Assembly (NCBI GenBank): GCA_963816185.1
Contig: CAWFJJ010000030.1
Span: 96,001-160,000 of the forward strand
Length of the DNA: 64,000 nt
From: Thermoanaerobaculia bacterium
GTDB taxonomy: Bacteria > Acidobacteriota > Thermoanaerobaculia > UBA5066
Reading direction: 5' to 3'
Shown: positions 19,104 to 29,420 of the stretch, one piece after another
How the letters are laid out: every line of letters begins with the position of its first letter
Numbering within the stretch: position 1 is the first letter of the stretch
The notes under the pieces: generated by a model
Told to the model about the DNA's origin: nothing
What the model saw: the letters and a program-made list of their open reading frames with translations, nothing else
The model's database searches: none
Made by a program: the position numbers and the translations under genes

Positions 19104-20159
19104 TCAAGCCACCGTCACTTCCTTGCTCAGGAAGACATCCTGGATGGCGTTGAAGAGCTCCACCCCTTCCTTCATGGGGCGCTGGAAGGTCTTGCGCCCG
19201 GAGATCAGCCCCATGCCGCCGGCCCGCTTGTTGATCACCGCGGTGCGCACCGCGTCGGCCAGGTCGTTTTTCCCGGAGCCGCCGCCGGAGTTGATCAGGC
19301 CCGCCCGGCCCATGAAGCAATTGGCCACCTGGTAGCGCACCAGGTCGATGGGGTGGGCGCTCGTCAGCTTGGTGTAGACCAGCTCGTTGGTCTTGCCGAA
19401 CTTGGGGATGGCCTTGTAGCCGCCGTTGCACTCCGCCATCTTCTGTTTGATGATGTCCGCCTCGATGGTCACGCCCAGGTAATTGGCCTGGCCGGTGAGG
19501 TCGGCGGAGGCGTGCATGTCCCCCTGCTCCGTCTTGAAGGCGGGGTTGCGCAGGTAGCACCAGAGGATGCAGGCCATCCCCAGTTCGTGGGCCAGCTTGA
19601 AGGCCTCGCTGATCTCCTGGATCTGGCGCCGGGACTCAGCGGAGCCGTAATAGATGGTCGCCCCCACCGCCACCGCCCCCAGATCGAAGGCCTGCTCCAC
19701 GCTGGCGAACAGGGTCTGGTCGTAGAAATTCGGGTAGCTCAGCATCTCGTTGTGATTGATCTTGACGATGAAGGGGATCTTGTGGGCGTATTTCCGGGCC
19801 ACCGAGCCCAGCACCCCGAGGGTGGAGGCCACGGCGTTGCAGCCCCCTTCCAGGGCCAGCTTGATGATGTTTTCCGGGTCGAAATAGATGGGGTTGGGGG
19901 CAAAGGAGGCCGCGGCGGAGTGCTCCACCCCCTGGTCCACCGGCAGGATGGAGAGGTAGCCGGTGCCGGCCAGGCGGCCGTGGCCGAACAGAGACGCCAG
20001 GGAACGCAGCACCCCGGGCGAGCGGTCGCTCACCACGCAGACCCGGTCGATGAAGTCCGGACCCGGCAGGTGCAGGCTCTCCTTGGGGAAGCCGGTGCAT
20101 TTATGACTCAGCAGGTTGTCGGCCTCAGAACCTAACAATGATTGAATTTTTTTGATCAT
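19104..20159 (-). CDS. fbaB: Class I fructose-bisphosphate aldolase (FbaB type)
   Basis: [45 protein letters not shown]. Confidence 0.95.
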   Translation of the reverse strand: MIKKIQSLLGSEADNLLSHKCTGFPKESLHLPGPDFIDRVCVVSDRSPGVLRSLASLFGHGRLAGTGYLSILPVDQGVEHSAAASFAPNPIYFDPENIIKLALEGGCNAVASTLGVLGSVARKYAHKIPFIVKINHNEMLSYPNFYDQTLFASVEQAFDLGAVAVGATIYYGSAESRRQIQEISEAFKLAHELGMACILWCYLRNPAFKTEQGDMHASADLTGQANYLGVTIEADIIKQKMAECNGGYKAIPKFGKTNELVYTKLTSAHPIDLVRYQVANCFMGRAGLINSGGGSGKNDLADAVRTAVINKRAGGMGLISGRKTFQRPMKEGVELFNAIQDVFLSKEVTVA

Positions 20160-20349
20160 CGCCACCTTGCCACCTCCTGAAAACGGTTTTCGGTTTTCAG
20201 TTTTTTTCTGTTCCCAAGCTCCAGCTTGGGAACCCGTTTGATGCAAAGCTCCAGCTTTCGAGGATGGCAGAAATATTATGATTGCCAAAAAACGGACCCT
20301 TATTTAATAATAAGATGCCCCTAAACGTAGGCAAGGGCAAATATTTTTT

Positions 20350-21549
20350 CTATTTTTTATCCCCAGCTGCCAACTCCAGGGCCACCTGGGCCGCCCGGGC
20401 CGAGGCGCCGGGGCCCTGCAAGCGGGTGATGACCCGGGCCAGGCCCTGAAAGATGGACTTCAGACGCTCCCGGTCGGCAATCAAGTCCAGGACCTCCTGA
20501 GCCAGCCGCTCCGGGGTGAAGTCATCCTGGAGGAGTTCCGGGAAAAGACGTTCGCCGGCCAGGAGGTTGGCCATGCCCACGTGGTCCACCCGGACCAGGC
20601 TGCGCGCCACCCGGAAGGTCAGGGGCGACACCCGATAGACGATCACCGTGGGCGTGCCGGCCAGGGCCGCCTCCACCGTGGCCGTGCCCGAGGCCACCAC
20701 CGCCAGGTGGGCCGCGGCTAAGGCCTCGTAAGACTGGCCGGAGATAATTTTTAGATGCAGCCCTGGCGCCCCCGCCGGTCCCTGCCCAGCCGGGCGCGGC
20801 TGCTCTCCATCTCCTGCGGCCACCATCTCCTTGACCAACGCCACCGGGGCCGTGGAGGCCAGGGGCAGGAGGAACTGGGCCTGCGGGATGGCTGCCTGGA
20901 TCAATCGGGCTCCGGCCAGCATCATCGGCAAGTGGCGCTCAATTTCACTGGCCCGGCTGCCGGGGAGCAGGGCCAGGGTGAGGCGCTCGGGGTCCAGGCC
21001 CCATTGGGTCAACAGGCCGCGGCGGTCCACCCGGGGCGGCAGGCCCTCCAGCATCGGGTGCCCCACGTAAGTCACCGGCACCCCCCGCTGCCGGTAAAAT
21101 TCTTCTTCAAAGGGAAAGATCACCACCATGCGGTCCACCAGGCGGGCAATGGTGCGCACCCGGTAGGTGCGCCAGGCCCAAACCTGGGGACTGATGTAGT
21201 ACATCACCGGCACCCGGTAAAATTTGGCCAGCCGGGCCACCCAAAAGTTGAAGTCCGGGAAATCCACCAGGATGACCAACGCCGGGCGCTCGGCCTTCAG
21301 GGCCCGGCCCACGTCCCGCAAAGCCCGCAGCACCGCGCCCAGCCGGCCCACCACCTCCGAGAGGCCCATTACCGCCAGCTCCGAGGCGTGGCAGAGGAGA
21401 CGCACCCCCTGGGCGGCCATGGCCTCGCCGCCGATGCCGAAAAACTCGGCTCGGGGCTCTTTCGCCTTGATGGCCGCCACCAGGCGGGCCGCATGCTCGT
21501 CTCCGGAGGCCTCCCCGGCGACGACGAGAATTTTTTTATGCTCAGCCAT
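20350..21549 (-). CDS. lpxB: Lipid-A-disaccharide synthase
   Basis: VAGEASGD, DFPDFN, YYISPQVWAWR, LLPGSRASEI, ASGTATVE. Confidence 0.97.
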   Translation of the reverse strand: MAEHKKILVVAGEASGDEHAARLVAAIKAKEPRAEFFGIGGEAMAAQGVRLLCHASELAVMGLSEVVGRLGAVLRALRDVGRALKAERPALVILVDFPDFNFWVARLAKFYRVPVMYYISPQVWAWRTYRVRTIARLVDRMVVIFPFEEEFYRQRGVPVTYVGHPMLEGLPPRVDRRGLLTQWGLDPERLTLALLPGSRASEIERHLPMMLAGARLIQAAIPQAQFLLPLASTAPVALVKEMVAAGDGEQPRPAGQGPAGAPGLHLKIISGQSYEALAAAHLAVVASGTATVEAALAGTPTVIVYRVSPLTFRVARSLVRVDHVGMANLLAGERLFPELLQDDFTPERLAQEVLDLIADRERLKSIFQGLARVITRLQGPGASARAAQVALELAAGDKK

Positions 21550-21825
21550 ATATTCTATCGAAAAAAAAAGCCGGTATGGCGGCCCTCATGGGAATTAGGG
21601 GCGGTTCACGAACCGCCCTCGGCTAGTAGTCTCTTCCCCTTTTCGCCTTTTCGCCCTTCTTTTCATCCCTTAGCTTTTTTCGTTGCCGCCATGATCTCCA
21701 GTAAAGCGTAGGGCGGGAAAGCGCAGCGCATCCCGCCTTCGGCCATTCAGGTTAGACCTTACTTATGCCTCAATATATTCGCTTGGGCAGCAGATGATCA
21801 TCATGGGCTTCCCCTTTTCCCCTTT

Positions 21826-22773
21826 TTACCCCTTGGCGATCTTCATGGCCGCCATGATCTCCAGGGCCAGATTCAGCGCCTCGCGCCCGGCTTCACCGCT
21901 GATCGGGGGCTCCTGGCCGGTCTTGACCGCCTGCACGAAGGCGATGATTTCCTTATTCAAAATATCTTCCTGGGGGAAGCGCCGGGTTTCCAGGGCCACC
22001 CCGGGGATGGGGCCCATGGCGCCCGCCTTCTTGAAGGCCACGGTCAGTTCCCGGTTCTCAAAATCCACGGCCAGATAGGCGTCACTCTGGAACAGGCGAA
22101 ACTTGCGCATGCTCTTGAAGGACATGCGGGAGGCGGTGAGGTTGGCGATGCAGCCGTCGGCGAACTCCAACCGGGCATTGGCCAGGTCGATGCGGTCGGT
22201 GAGCACCGAGATGCCCGCGGCCCGGATCTCCTTCACCGGCGACGGCGCCAGGCTCAGGACATGGTCCAGGTCATGAATCATCAGGTCCAGGACCACGTCC
22301 ACGTCGGTGCCCCGCTCTTTGAAAAACGCCAGGCGGTGGCTTTCGATGAAGCGGGGTCGGTTCGCCTTGGCCTTCAGCTCTTCCATGGCCGAGTTAAAGC
22401 GCTCCAGATGACCCACCATCAGGATGCGCCGGCGCTCCCGGGCCAGGCGCACCAGTTCGTCGGCTTCGGCCACGGTGACGCTGATGGGCTTTTCCACCAA
22501 CACGTGACAACCGGCCGCCAGCGCCTCCTGCACCACCCCAAAATGACCGGAGGTAGGCACCGCCACACTCACCGCCGCGACCTCCGGCAAAAGCTCCTGA
22601 TAATCGGTGTAGGCCCTGGTCCCTAAAGCCTGGGCCACCTCGACGGCCCGGGCCTGGTTGAGGTCGGCCACCCCCACCAGTTCCGTGTCTTGCAGATGGG
22701 CGTACTTCTCGGCGTGGAAGCGGCCCAGGTAACCGACGCCGACGACCCCGACCTTGATGGGAGCCTCGTCCAT
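21826..22773 (-). CDS. Gfo/Idh/MocA oxidoreductase (GnnA-like, next to lpxB)
   Basis: GVVGVGYLGRFH, VEKP, VGHLERFN, DVVLDLMIHDLD, ANLTASR. Confidence 0.9.
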   Translation of the reverse strand: MDEAPIKVGVVGVGYLGRFHAEKYAHLQDTELVGVADLNQARAVEVAQALGTRAYTDYQELLPEVAAVSVAVPTSGHFGVVQEALAAGCHVLVEKPISVTVAEADELVRLARERRRILMVGHLERFNSAMEELKAKANRPRFIESHRLAFFKERGTDVDVVLDLMIHDLDHVLSLAPSPVKEIRAAGISVLTDRIDLANARLEFADGCIANLTASRMSFKSMRKFRLFQSDAYLAVDFENRELTVAFKKAGAMGPIPGVALETRRFPQEDILNKEIIAFVQAVKTGQEPPISGEAGREALNLALEIMAAMKIAKG

Positions 22774-23019
22774 GATGAAAAAATTCCTCTGTTTAAGAAT
22801 ATCTTAATTAAAAGAAAATTGTTTTCCGCCGGAGCTGACCTGTTATCCTGCTAATTCCAGGCGCATCCCGGGTGTGCCTTGGCTGGCAAAAGCTTGGCAA
22901 GCCAGCCCCATCATACCGGAAAAGGAGACCCTTAGGCAACGAAAACTGCGGGAAACCATTTGACAAGCGCCCTGTGAAGCGATAAAAAATCTTCAAGCTA
23001 CTTTCTGGAGGCAGGATAA

Positions 23020-23949
23020 ATGGTGGAAAAGGCGAAATTTATCTGGCTGGACGGCAAGTTCATTCCCTGGGACGAAGCGCACGTGCACATCATGACCCAT
23101 AGCCTGCATTATGGCTTGGGAGTCTTCGAGGGCATCCGGGCGTACCATTGCCAGGACGGCCGGACCGCCATCTTCCGTCTGAAGGAACATGTCCGGAGAC
23201 TGTTCGACTCCGGCCATGTCATGCAAATGGAAATTCCTTTCTCCCGGACCCAGATCGAAGAGGTTTGCTGTGATATCCTGCGGCGCAACGGTCAGAAGTC
23301 GGCCTATCTGCGTCCCCTGGTGTTCGTGGGCGACGGCGTCATGGGCCTGCATCCCCAGGACAATCCCATCCGGACTACCGTCATCAGCTGGGTTTGGGGC
23401 GCCTACCTGGGGGACGAGGGTTTGGCGAAGGGCATCCGGGCCAAGATTTCGTCCTTCTCCCGCCACCACGTCAACGTCATGATGACCAAGGCCAAGACCA
23501 CGGCCAATTACGTCAACTCCATCCTGGCCAAGCGGGAAGCCACCTCCCTGGGCTACGACGAGGCCCTGATGCTGGATACTGACGGCTACGTGGCTGAGGC
23601 CTCCGGAGAAAATATCTTTATCGTCTCGGACGGGGTGCTGCGCACCCCGCCGATAACCGCGGTGCTCTCCGGTATCACCCGGGCCAGCATTATTACCCTG
23701 GCTCAGGATTTGGGCATTCCGGTGCGGGAAGACATCTTCTCCCGGGATGAGCTCTACCTGGCCGACGAGGCCTTCCTCACCGGCACCGCGGCGGAGGTCA
23801 CCCCCATCCGGGAAGTGGACGCCCGGATCATCGGTCCGGGGAAACCCGGCCCCATCACCCAGAAATTGCAGGCCGCCTTCTTTGACATAGTCAAGGGCAA
23901 GAACCCGCAATACCAGGAGTGGTTGACTTATATAATTAAAAAAATCTAA
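23020..23949 (+). CDS. ilvE: Branched-chain amino acid aminotransferase
   Basis: SLHYGLGVFEGIRAY, KAKTTANY, EASGENIF, LSGITR, FLTGTAAEVTP. Confidence 0.97.
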   Translation: MVEKAKFIWLDGKFIPWDEAHVHIMTHSLHYGLGVFEGIRAYHCQDGRTAIFRLKEHVRRLFDSGHVMQMEIPFSRTQIEEVCCDILRRNGQKSAYLRPLVFVGDGVMGLHPQDNPIRTTVISWVWGAYLGDEGLAKGIRAKISSFSRHHVNVMMTKAKTTANYVNSILAKREATSLGYDEALMLDTDGYVAEASGENIFIVSDGVLRTPPITAVLSGITRASIITLAQDLGIPVREDIFSRDELYLADEAFLTGTAAEVTPIREVDARIIGPGKPGPITQKLQAAFFDIVKGKNPQYQEWLTYIIKKI

Positions 23950-23953
23950 AATG

Positions 23954-24088
23954 CAGTTTTCAGTTTTCAGTTATCAGTTTTCAGCAAAAGAAAATCAAAC
24001 GGGGCCTCGGGAAGGAATTCCCCAAGCCCCGTTCGCATTGCAATTTCTTTGCTTTTACAGAAAACCGAAAACCGAAAACTGAAAACCG
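23954..24088. repeat. Inverted heptamer tandem arrays flanking a hairpin between convergent genes (likely bidirectional terminator)
   Basis: (cagtttt)n … ggggc…gcccc … (aaaaccg)n. Confidence 0.6.
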
Positions 24089-24090
24089 TC

Positions 24091-24504
24091 TTATTCGGCG
24101 CCGCAGTCCTTGAGATATTGCAGCATGATATCGGTTTCGGTAATCAGGCCCACCAGGTGTTCGCCCTCCACCACCGGCAAACAGCCGATCTTCTTGTCCA
24201 TCATGAGCCTGACGGCCTCACATAACTTGGCGTCCGGAGAGATGGTGGTCACCGCTTTGACCATGATGTCCTTAATGCGCAGGGTCTTCATCAGGTCCCG
24301 GGAGGCCTGGCCGCCGTAACCCAGGGCCTGGGCCAGGGAACTGCGGAACAGGTCCCGCTCCGAGATGATCCCCGCCAGCCGGCCGCCGTCCACCACCGGC
24401 AGATGGCGAATCCTGCCCAGGCGCATGATGTCATTGGCCAGACTCAGTTCATCATTGACATCCAGCGTGGCTATTTCCTTGACCATTACTTCCTTGACCG
24501 TCAT
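24091..24504 (-). CDS. CBS-domain protein
   Basis: IRHLPVV…GIISERD; IGCLPVV…GLITETD. Confidence 0.93.
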   Translation of the reverse strand: MTVKEVMVKEIATLDVNDELSLANDIMRLGRIRHLPVVDGGRLAGIISERDLFRSSLAQALGYGGQASRDLMKTLRIKDIMVKAVTTISPDAKLCEAVRLMMDKKIGCLPVVEGEHLVGLITETDIMLQYLKDCGAE

Positions 24505-24699
24505 TCATTATCTCCCGGAGGTGATTCTTGCCTGCTGAGCAAATCTGATGGATTTGTCTAGTTCAGCCTTCTGGTAATGTACGAAATTATCCCGCGGGAG
24601 GCAAATCATTTGGTGGCGGAGGCTTGCCAACCCGGAGCTGCGCAGGCTGAAGCCTGCGGCGACATTTTTCTCAGCGCCAACCGCAAGCCGCCAACTGTC

Positions 24700-25400
24700 T
24701 TACAAGGAGGCCAGCCACTCCTGGCCCCGAACGCTCAGGTCCGCCAAAACCTGAAAACCGCGGCGGGCTTCGTCCGGGCTCAGATACCCCATGCCGCAGG
24801 CCGGGGTGAGCAGGGCCCGGCTCAGGATTTCTTTGAGGCCGGTTTTTTGATCCTGGGCCAGTTGCGCCACCTGTTGGGTAAACCGCGGCCAGAGGCTGTC
24901 GGCGGTTTCCTGGCGAAAATCTGCCGCCCCGGTGGGCACCAGGCCCCAGGCCAGCCAACCGCCCCGGGCGAAAAATTTTGCCACCGCCTGATCATAGAGA
25001 CGCAGACTATCAAAGTAACCGTAGGAGTCGAAACTGAGGATATCGATGGGGGCGGACAAAAGCAGGCCCCAATCGGTGTTGCCGCAGCAGTGCATCCCGA
25101 CGGCCACCGGCCCGGGGGCGGCCTGCCGCAATTCATCTATGGTCTGCCCGATGATCTCCAAAACCTCTTCCCGGGAGATGGGCAAATAGGCGGAGCCGAA
25201 GCCGGTGAGGAAAGGTTCGTCCAGGAAGATGACCGGGTCTTTGCCCAACTCCCTGAACTTCCGGGCCTGCCAGGCGGCCTTGCGGGCCAGGCCCAGGCAG
25301 GCGGCCTGGGTCAGCTCCCGGTCAAACAACATGGCCTTGCCTTCCCGGTCCTTGACCATGCCGGCGAAGGTCACCGGTCCGGCCAGTTGGCCCTTCAGGG
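24700..25400 (-). CDS. Cobalamin-independent methionine synthase-like protein (MetE C-terminal fold), 5'-truncated at the junction
   Basis: LKGQLAGPVTF, IFLDEP, GMHCCGNTDW, LSFD, LAWGLVPT, LLTPACGMG; N-terminal part absent. Confidence 0.8.
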
Positions 25401-25493
25401 GAAGTCTTCGGCGCGACCAAAGCCGCGACAAGCGCAAGATAGGCGTAAATACTTGATCCGTCAAGGGCAGAAAAGACCTAAACTCCTCGGGCT

Positions 25494-25937
25494 TTGCCGG
25501 AAGAAAGCGCCACGAAGCGACCGAGAACCCTGGGCCGTCGCATCCTGCGGGCAGCTCTCTTCGTCGTCATCGTCGCATTCCTGCTTTTCGCCGGCACCGT
25601 CTTCCTCTTCAACCGGCCGTTCAGCGACAACCCGGATCTGGTCCGGGCTTCGCGCCTGACGACCTCGAATCAGCTCTTCCCGATGCAGGTCGTGGTCTTT
25701 CCCGAACGGATTGCGCGTTATAAGCCTCGTTTCTTCGGCCACATGGAGGACTCGATCTCGACCGACCAGATCGCGTCCGTGAAGATTCAGGCCGGCATGG
25801 CGTTCGCGGATGTCGTGATCGACACGACGGGAGGCTCTCCGCCGATCGTGATTCACGGGCTCTGGAAGAGGGACGCCGAGCGCCTGCGCCGTCTTATCAG
25901 CACCGCGCAGGAGGCCCGCCGAAAGCGGGCGCCGTGA
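25494..25937 (+). CDS. Membrane-anchored bacterial PH-domain-like protein
   Basis: One TM; ASRLTTSNQLFP…IASVKIQAGMAFADVVIDTTGG. Confidence 0.6.
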   Translation: MPEESATKRPRTLGRRILRAALFVVIVAFLLFAGTVFLFNRPFSDNPDLVRASRLTTSNQLFPMQVVVFPERIARYKPRFFGHMEDSISTDQIASVKIQAGMAFADVVIDTTGGSPPIVIHGLWKRDAERLRRLISTAQEARRKRAP

Positions 25938-26026
25938 ACGGACCGTGAAAGGACTCGTCCATTTGAAGTTCGGGCGGTTTGCGGAGAGAATCCGCCGAAC
26001 CCAAAGGCAAATGATCGACAGGGAGG

Positions 26027-26671
26027 ATGCGAATGAAGAACGGTTTCAGAATCACCGCCGTGGCCCTCTGCTGCGTGGCGCTCGTCGCCTGCAGCCAGAA
26101 GGGCCCCGCAGAAGCTGCCCTCAAGGCCGCCGAAACTTCCGTGAACGAGGTCAAAGCCGAAGGAGCGAAGTACGCGGCCGAGCAGACGAAGGGCGTCCTG
26201 GCGTCGTTCGCGTCCGCCCAGGACGCCTTCAACAAGGGCGACTACAAGGCCGCGATGGAGATCGCGCAAGGCGTCCCCGCCAAGGCCAAGGACGTCGTCG
26301 CCGCCATCGCCGCCAAGAAAGGCGAGCTCACGAAATCGTGGAATGAGCTCAGCGCCTCCGTTCCCGGCATGGTCGAGCAGGTCAAGGCGAAGGTCGATGC
26401 CTTGAGCGCGATGAAGAAGCTGCCCAAGGACATGGATAAGGCAAAGCTCGAAGCCGCGAAGGCAAGCCTGGCCGACATCGAGAAGTCGTGGGGCGAGGCG
26501 TCCGACGCTTTCAAGTCGGGCAATCTGATCGACGCCGCCGCCAAGGGAAGCGGCGTCAAGACGAAAGTCACCGACGAGATGGCCACGCTCGGCCTCACGC
26601 CCGGCGCACCCCCGGCCGCCGCTGCTCCTGCTCCCGCAGCGCCCAAGGCCAAGCCGACCAAGAAAGTCTAG
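26027..26671 (+). CDS. Ala/Lys-rich helical lipoprotein
   Basis: GGAGG RBS; lipobox LVAC. Confidence 0.8.
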   Translation: MRMKNGFRITAVALCCVALVACSQKGPAEAALKAAETSVNEVKAEGAKYAAEQTKGVLASFASAQDAFNKGDYKAAMEIAQGVPAKAKDVVAAIAAKKGELTKSWNELSASVPGMVEQVKAKVDALSAMKKLPKDMDKAKLEAAKASLADIEKSWGEASDAFKSGNLIDAAAKGSGVKTKVTDEMATLGLTPGAPPAAAAPAPAAPKAKPTKKV

Positions 26672-26695
26672 GTCCCCCGAATCCTGGAAACCTCT

Positions 26696-26725
26696 GGCCC
26701 GCGGCGAACCGCGGGCCTTTCTTTC
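26696..26725 (+). terminator. Intrinsic terminator
   Basis: ggcccgcgg-cgaa-ccgcgggcc followed by tttcttt. Confidence 0.7.
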
Positions 26726-26865
26726 GCCCAGGAGCTCGTCTGAGTAGTTGCACGGGTCTCCGGAGGGAGGAAGGGGTTTGGGGGAACCCGATCGGGTTCC
26801 CCCAGGACGTGAGAGCCGCCAGCGCGCCCTACCCCGTGGCGCGCGAAGCGCGCGGCGCGCTGGGC

Positions 26866-28047
26866 CTAGCTCCTATAGTCGGCGTTCAACGACACGTAGT
26901 CGTGCCCGAGGTCCGCGGCCAGCTTCGAGGCCGTCGCCGTCCCGGCCCCGAGATCCACGAAGACGGGAACGCGCTCTTTCCGGAAGATGCGCACCGCGTC
27001 CTTCTCGCGGTACGGGGCGGGAACTCCGTCCTTGACGAGCGTCAGCGAGCCGAGCTTGAGCGAGACGCGCTTTTCCGAGAAGCGGGCCCCGCTCCGGCCC
27101 ACAGCCGCGAGGATCCGCCCCCAGTTCGGATCGCCGCCGTGGAGGGCGGTCTTCACGAGCGGCGACGTCGCGACGGCATGCGCCGCGGCTCTTGCCTCGG
27201 CCTCGGTCCGCGCGCCGGTGACGGTGAGGTCGAGGACGCGCGTCGCCCCTTCCCCGTCGCGCACCATCATCCACGCGAGCGTGCGGCAGACTTCGGCGAG
27301 CGCTTTTCGGAACTCCGGTCCGTCGTCCTTCTCCGCGAGCTCCGGCCCTGAGAGCGCCCCGGAGGCCATCAGGAGAACCGTGTCGTTCGTGGAGGTGTCG
27401 CCGTCCACGGAGACGAGGTGGAAGCTCTCGTCGGCCGCCTCGCGAAGCACCGTCTTGAGGTAGGCAGGCGTGGCAGGGATGTCGGTCATGACGAACGCGA
27501 GCATCGTCGCCATGTTCGGATGGATCATGCCGGCGCCCTTGGCGATTCCCACGACGCGGCCCCGGCGGCCCATCCAGGCGAACGAAGCCTGCGCGACCTT
27601 CGGGCCCACGTCGGTCGTGAGAATGGCGTGCGAGGCGGCGTCGAGACCCGAGGGCGAAAGTCGGTACTTGGCGTCGGGAAGCGCGGCGCGGATCTTTGCG
27701 TCCGGCAGGACCACCCCGATGACGCCCGTGGACGAGACGATGACCTCCTCTTTCGGAAACCCGAGGAGCGCTGCCGCGTGGTTGCGCACGCGTCGCGCGG
27801 CGTCGAGACCCGGCTTCCCGGTGACGGCGTTCGCGCAGCCCGCGTTCACGACCACGGCGCGGACACGGCCGCCGCTACGCCGGAGATCCCGCCTGCCGAG
27901 AATCACGGGCGCGGCCTGGAAACGGTTCTTCGTGAACAGGCCCGCGGCATTCGCGCCTTTCTCGACCACGATGAGCGCAACGTCGGGGCGCTTCTTCCGG
28001 ATGCCCGCGCGCACGCCCGACGCCAGAAAGCCCTTCGGGAGCTTCAT
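26866..28047 (-). CDS. argJ: Ornithine acetyltransferase
   Basis: NAGCANAVTG, SSTGVIG, AKGAGMIHPNMATML, VDGDTSTND, DGEGAT. Confidence 0.97.
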   Translation of the reverse strand: MKLPKGFLASGVRAGIRKKRPDVALIVVEKGANAAGLFTKNRFQAAPVILGRRDLRRSGGRVRAVVVNAGCANAVTGKPGLDAARRVRNHAAALLGFPKEEVIVSSTGVIGVVLPDAKIRAALPDAKYRLSPSGLDAASHAILTTDVGPKVAQASFAWMGRRGRVVGIAKGAGMIHPNMATMLAFVMTDIPATPAYLKTVLREAADESFHLVSVDGDTSTNDTVLLMASGALSGPELAEKDDGPEFRKALAEVCRTLAWMMVRDGEGATRVLDLTVTGARTEAEARAAAHAVATSPLVKTALHGGDPNWGRILAAVGRSGARFSEKRVSLKLGSLTLVKDGVPAPYREKDAVRIFRKERVPVFVDLGAGTATASKLAADLGHDYVSLNADYRS

Positions 28048-29417
28048 CCCGCACCTCCTGCGAGACGCCTGATCGCGGCCTTCGCGGCGCGTGCCACCTG
28101 CCGCGGCGCCGTGCCGCCCGTGATGTCTCGCTTGGCGAGCGCACGCCTCACGTCGAGCGCCTGAAGATCCTGGGCGGTGATCTCCTTCGAGGGCCCGAGA
28201 GCCGTGAGCGTCGTCCCGAGCGTCTCGGCCTCCGCGATGCGGCGGCCGACGATTTCGTGCGCATCGCGGAACGTCATGCCCCTCTTCGCGAGCGCGTCGG
28301 CGAGCTCGGTGGCGAGGAGGCGGTCGTCCGAGGCCGCCTGAGCCATCCGCTCGCGATCGAGCCGAAGCCCCTCGACGACGCCCGTCAGCGCCGGCAGCGC
28401 GGCCGCGAGAACGCCCCGCACGCGGAAGACCGGCTCCTTGTCGAGCTGGAGGTCCTTGTCGTAGGCGAGCGGCAGCCCCTTGAGAACCGCGAGCAGCCCG
28501 GTCAGGTCGCCGATCGCGCGCCCGGCATGGCCGCGCGCGAGCTCGAGCACGTCCGGGTTCTTCTTCTGCGGCATCCGCGACGAACCCGTCGCGAGCGCGT
28601 CCGGCAGCGTGGCGAAGCCGGACTCGTCGGACGTGAAGGCGATGAGGTCCTCCCCGAGGCGCGAGAGGTGGACGAGGAGAAGCGCGGCCGTGAAAAGGTA
28701 CTCGGCGGCCGTGTCACGATCGGAGACGGCGTCGAGGGAGTTCGCCGTGGGCCTGAGGAACCCGAGGCTCCGCGCGAGGGCCTCGCGATCGATGGGCAGG
28801 GGCGTCCCCGACAGCGCGCCCGAGCCGAGCGGGCACTCGTCCGCACGGGAGGCGGCGTTGTCGAAGCGGCTCGCGTCGCGCCGCAGCATCTCGACGTAGG
28901 CGAGGCACCAGTGGCCGAACGTGACCGGCTCGGCGCGCTTCACGTGCGTGTAGCCCGGCATGGGAGAGGCGGCCTCCGCCTCCGCGCGGCGTGCAAGCGC
29001 GAGCGCGAAGGCGCGCGCCCCCGCCGCTCCCTCGGCGAGGGCCTCTTTCAGGTAGAGGCGGAAGTCGGTCGCCACCTGGTCGTTCCGCGAGCGGCCCGTG
29101 TGGAGCTTCCCCGCGAGAAGCCCCACTTTCGCCGCGAGGCGCGCTTCCACGAACGAATGTACGTCCTCGTCGTCCGCGTCGGGGGGCACGCCCGTCCTAG
29201 ACACCTCGGTGCCGATCTCCTCGAGGCCTGAGGCGAGCTTCTTGACCTCGGTCGGCGAGAGGACGCCGGCCCTGCCGAGGGCCTGTGCCCAGGCGATCGA
29301 CCCGCGGACGTCCTCCGCGAGGAGCGCCTGGTCGAACCAGAACGAGTCGTTGAAGGTTCGAAGAGCCTGGGCTGGAGGCTCGGAGAACCGGCCTCCCCAG
29401 AGCTGGCGCCGGGCCAA
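28044..29417 (-). CDS. argH: Argininosuccinate lyase
   Basis: LWGGRF, LHTGRSRNDQ, MPGYTH, TGSSRMPQKKNPD. Confidence 0.97.
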   Translation of the reverse strand: MARRQLWGGRFSEPPAQALRTFNDSFWFDQALLAEDVRGSIAWAQALGRAGVLSPTEVKKLASGLEEIGTEVSRTGVPPDADDEDVHSFVEARLAAKVGLLAGKLHTGRSRNDQVATDFRLYLKEALAEGAAGARAFALALARRAEAEAASPMPGYTHVKRAEPVTFGHWCLAYVEMLRRDASRFDNAASRADECPLGSGALSGTPLPIDREALARSLGFLRPTANSLDAVSDRDTAAEYLFTAALLLVHLSRLGEDLIAFTSDESGFATLPDALATGSSRMPQKKNPDVLELARGHAGRAIGDLTGLLAVLKGLPLAYDKDLQLDKEPVFRVRGVLAAALPALTGVVEGLRLDRERMAQAASDDRLLATELADALAKRGMTFRDAHEIVGRRIAEAETLGTTLTALGPSKEITAQDLQALDVRRALAKRDITGGTAPRQVARAAKAAIRRLAGGAG

Positions 29418-29420
29418 GGA

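Noticed and set aside
22860-22960. Riboswitch or sigma-54 site upstream of ilvE
   Set aside because: Only one hairpin (ggctggc…gccagcc) with a weak GG-N10-GC; no convincing aptamer consensus
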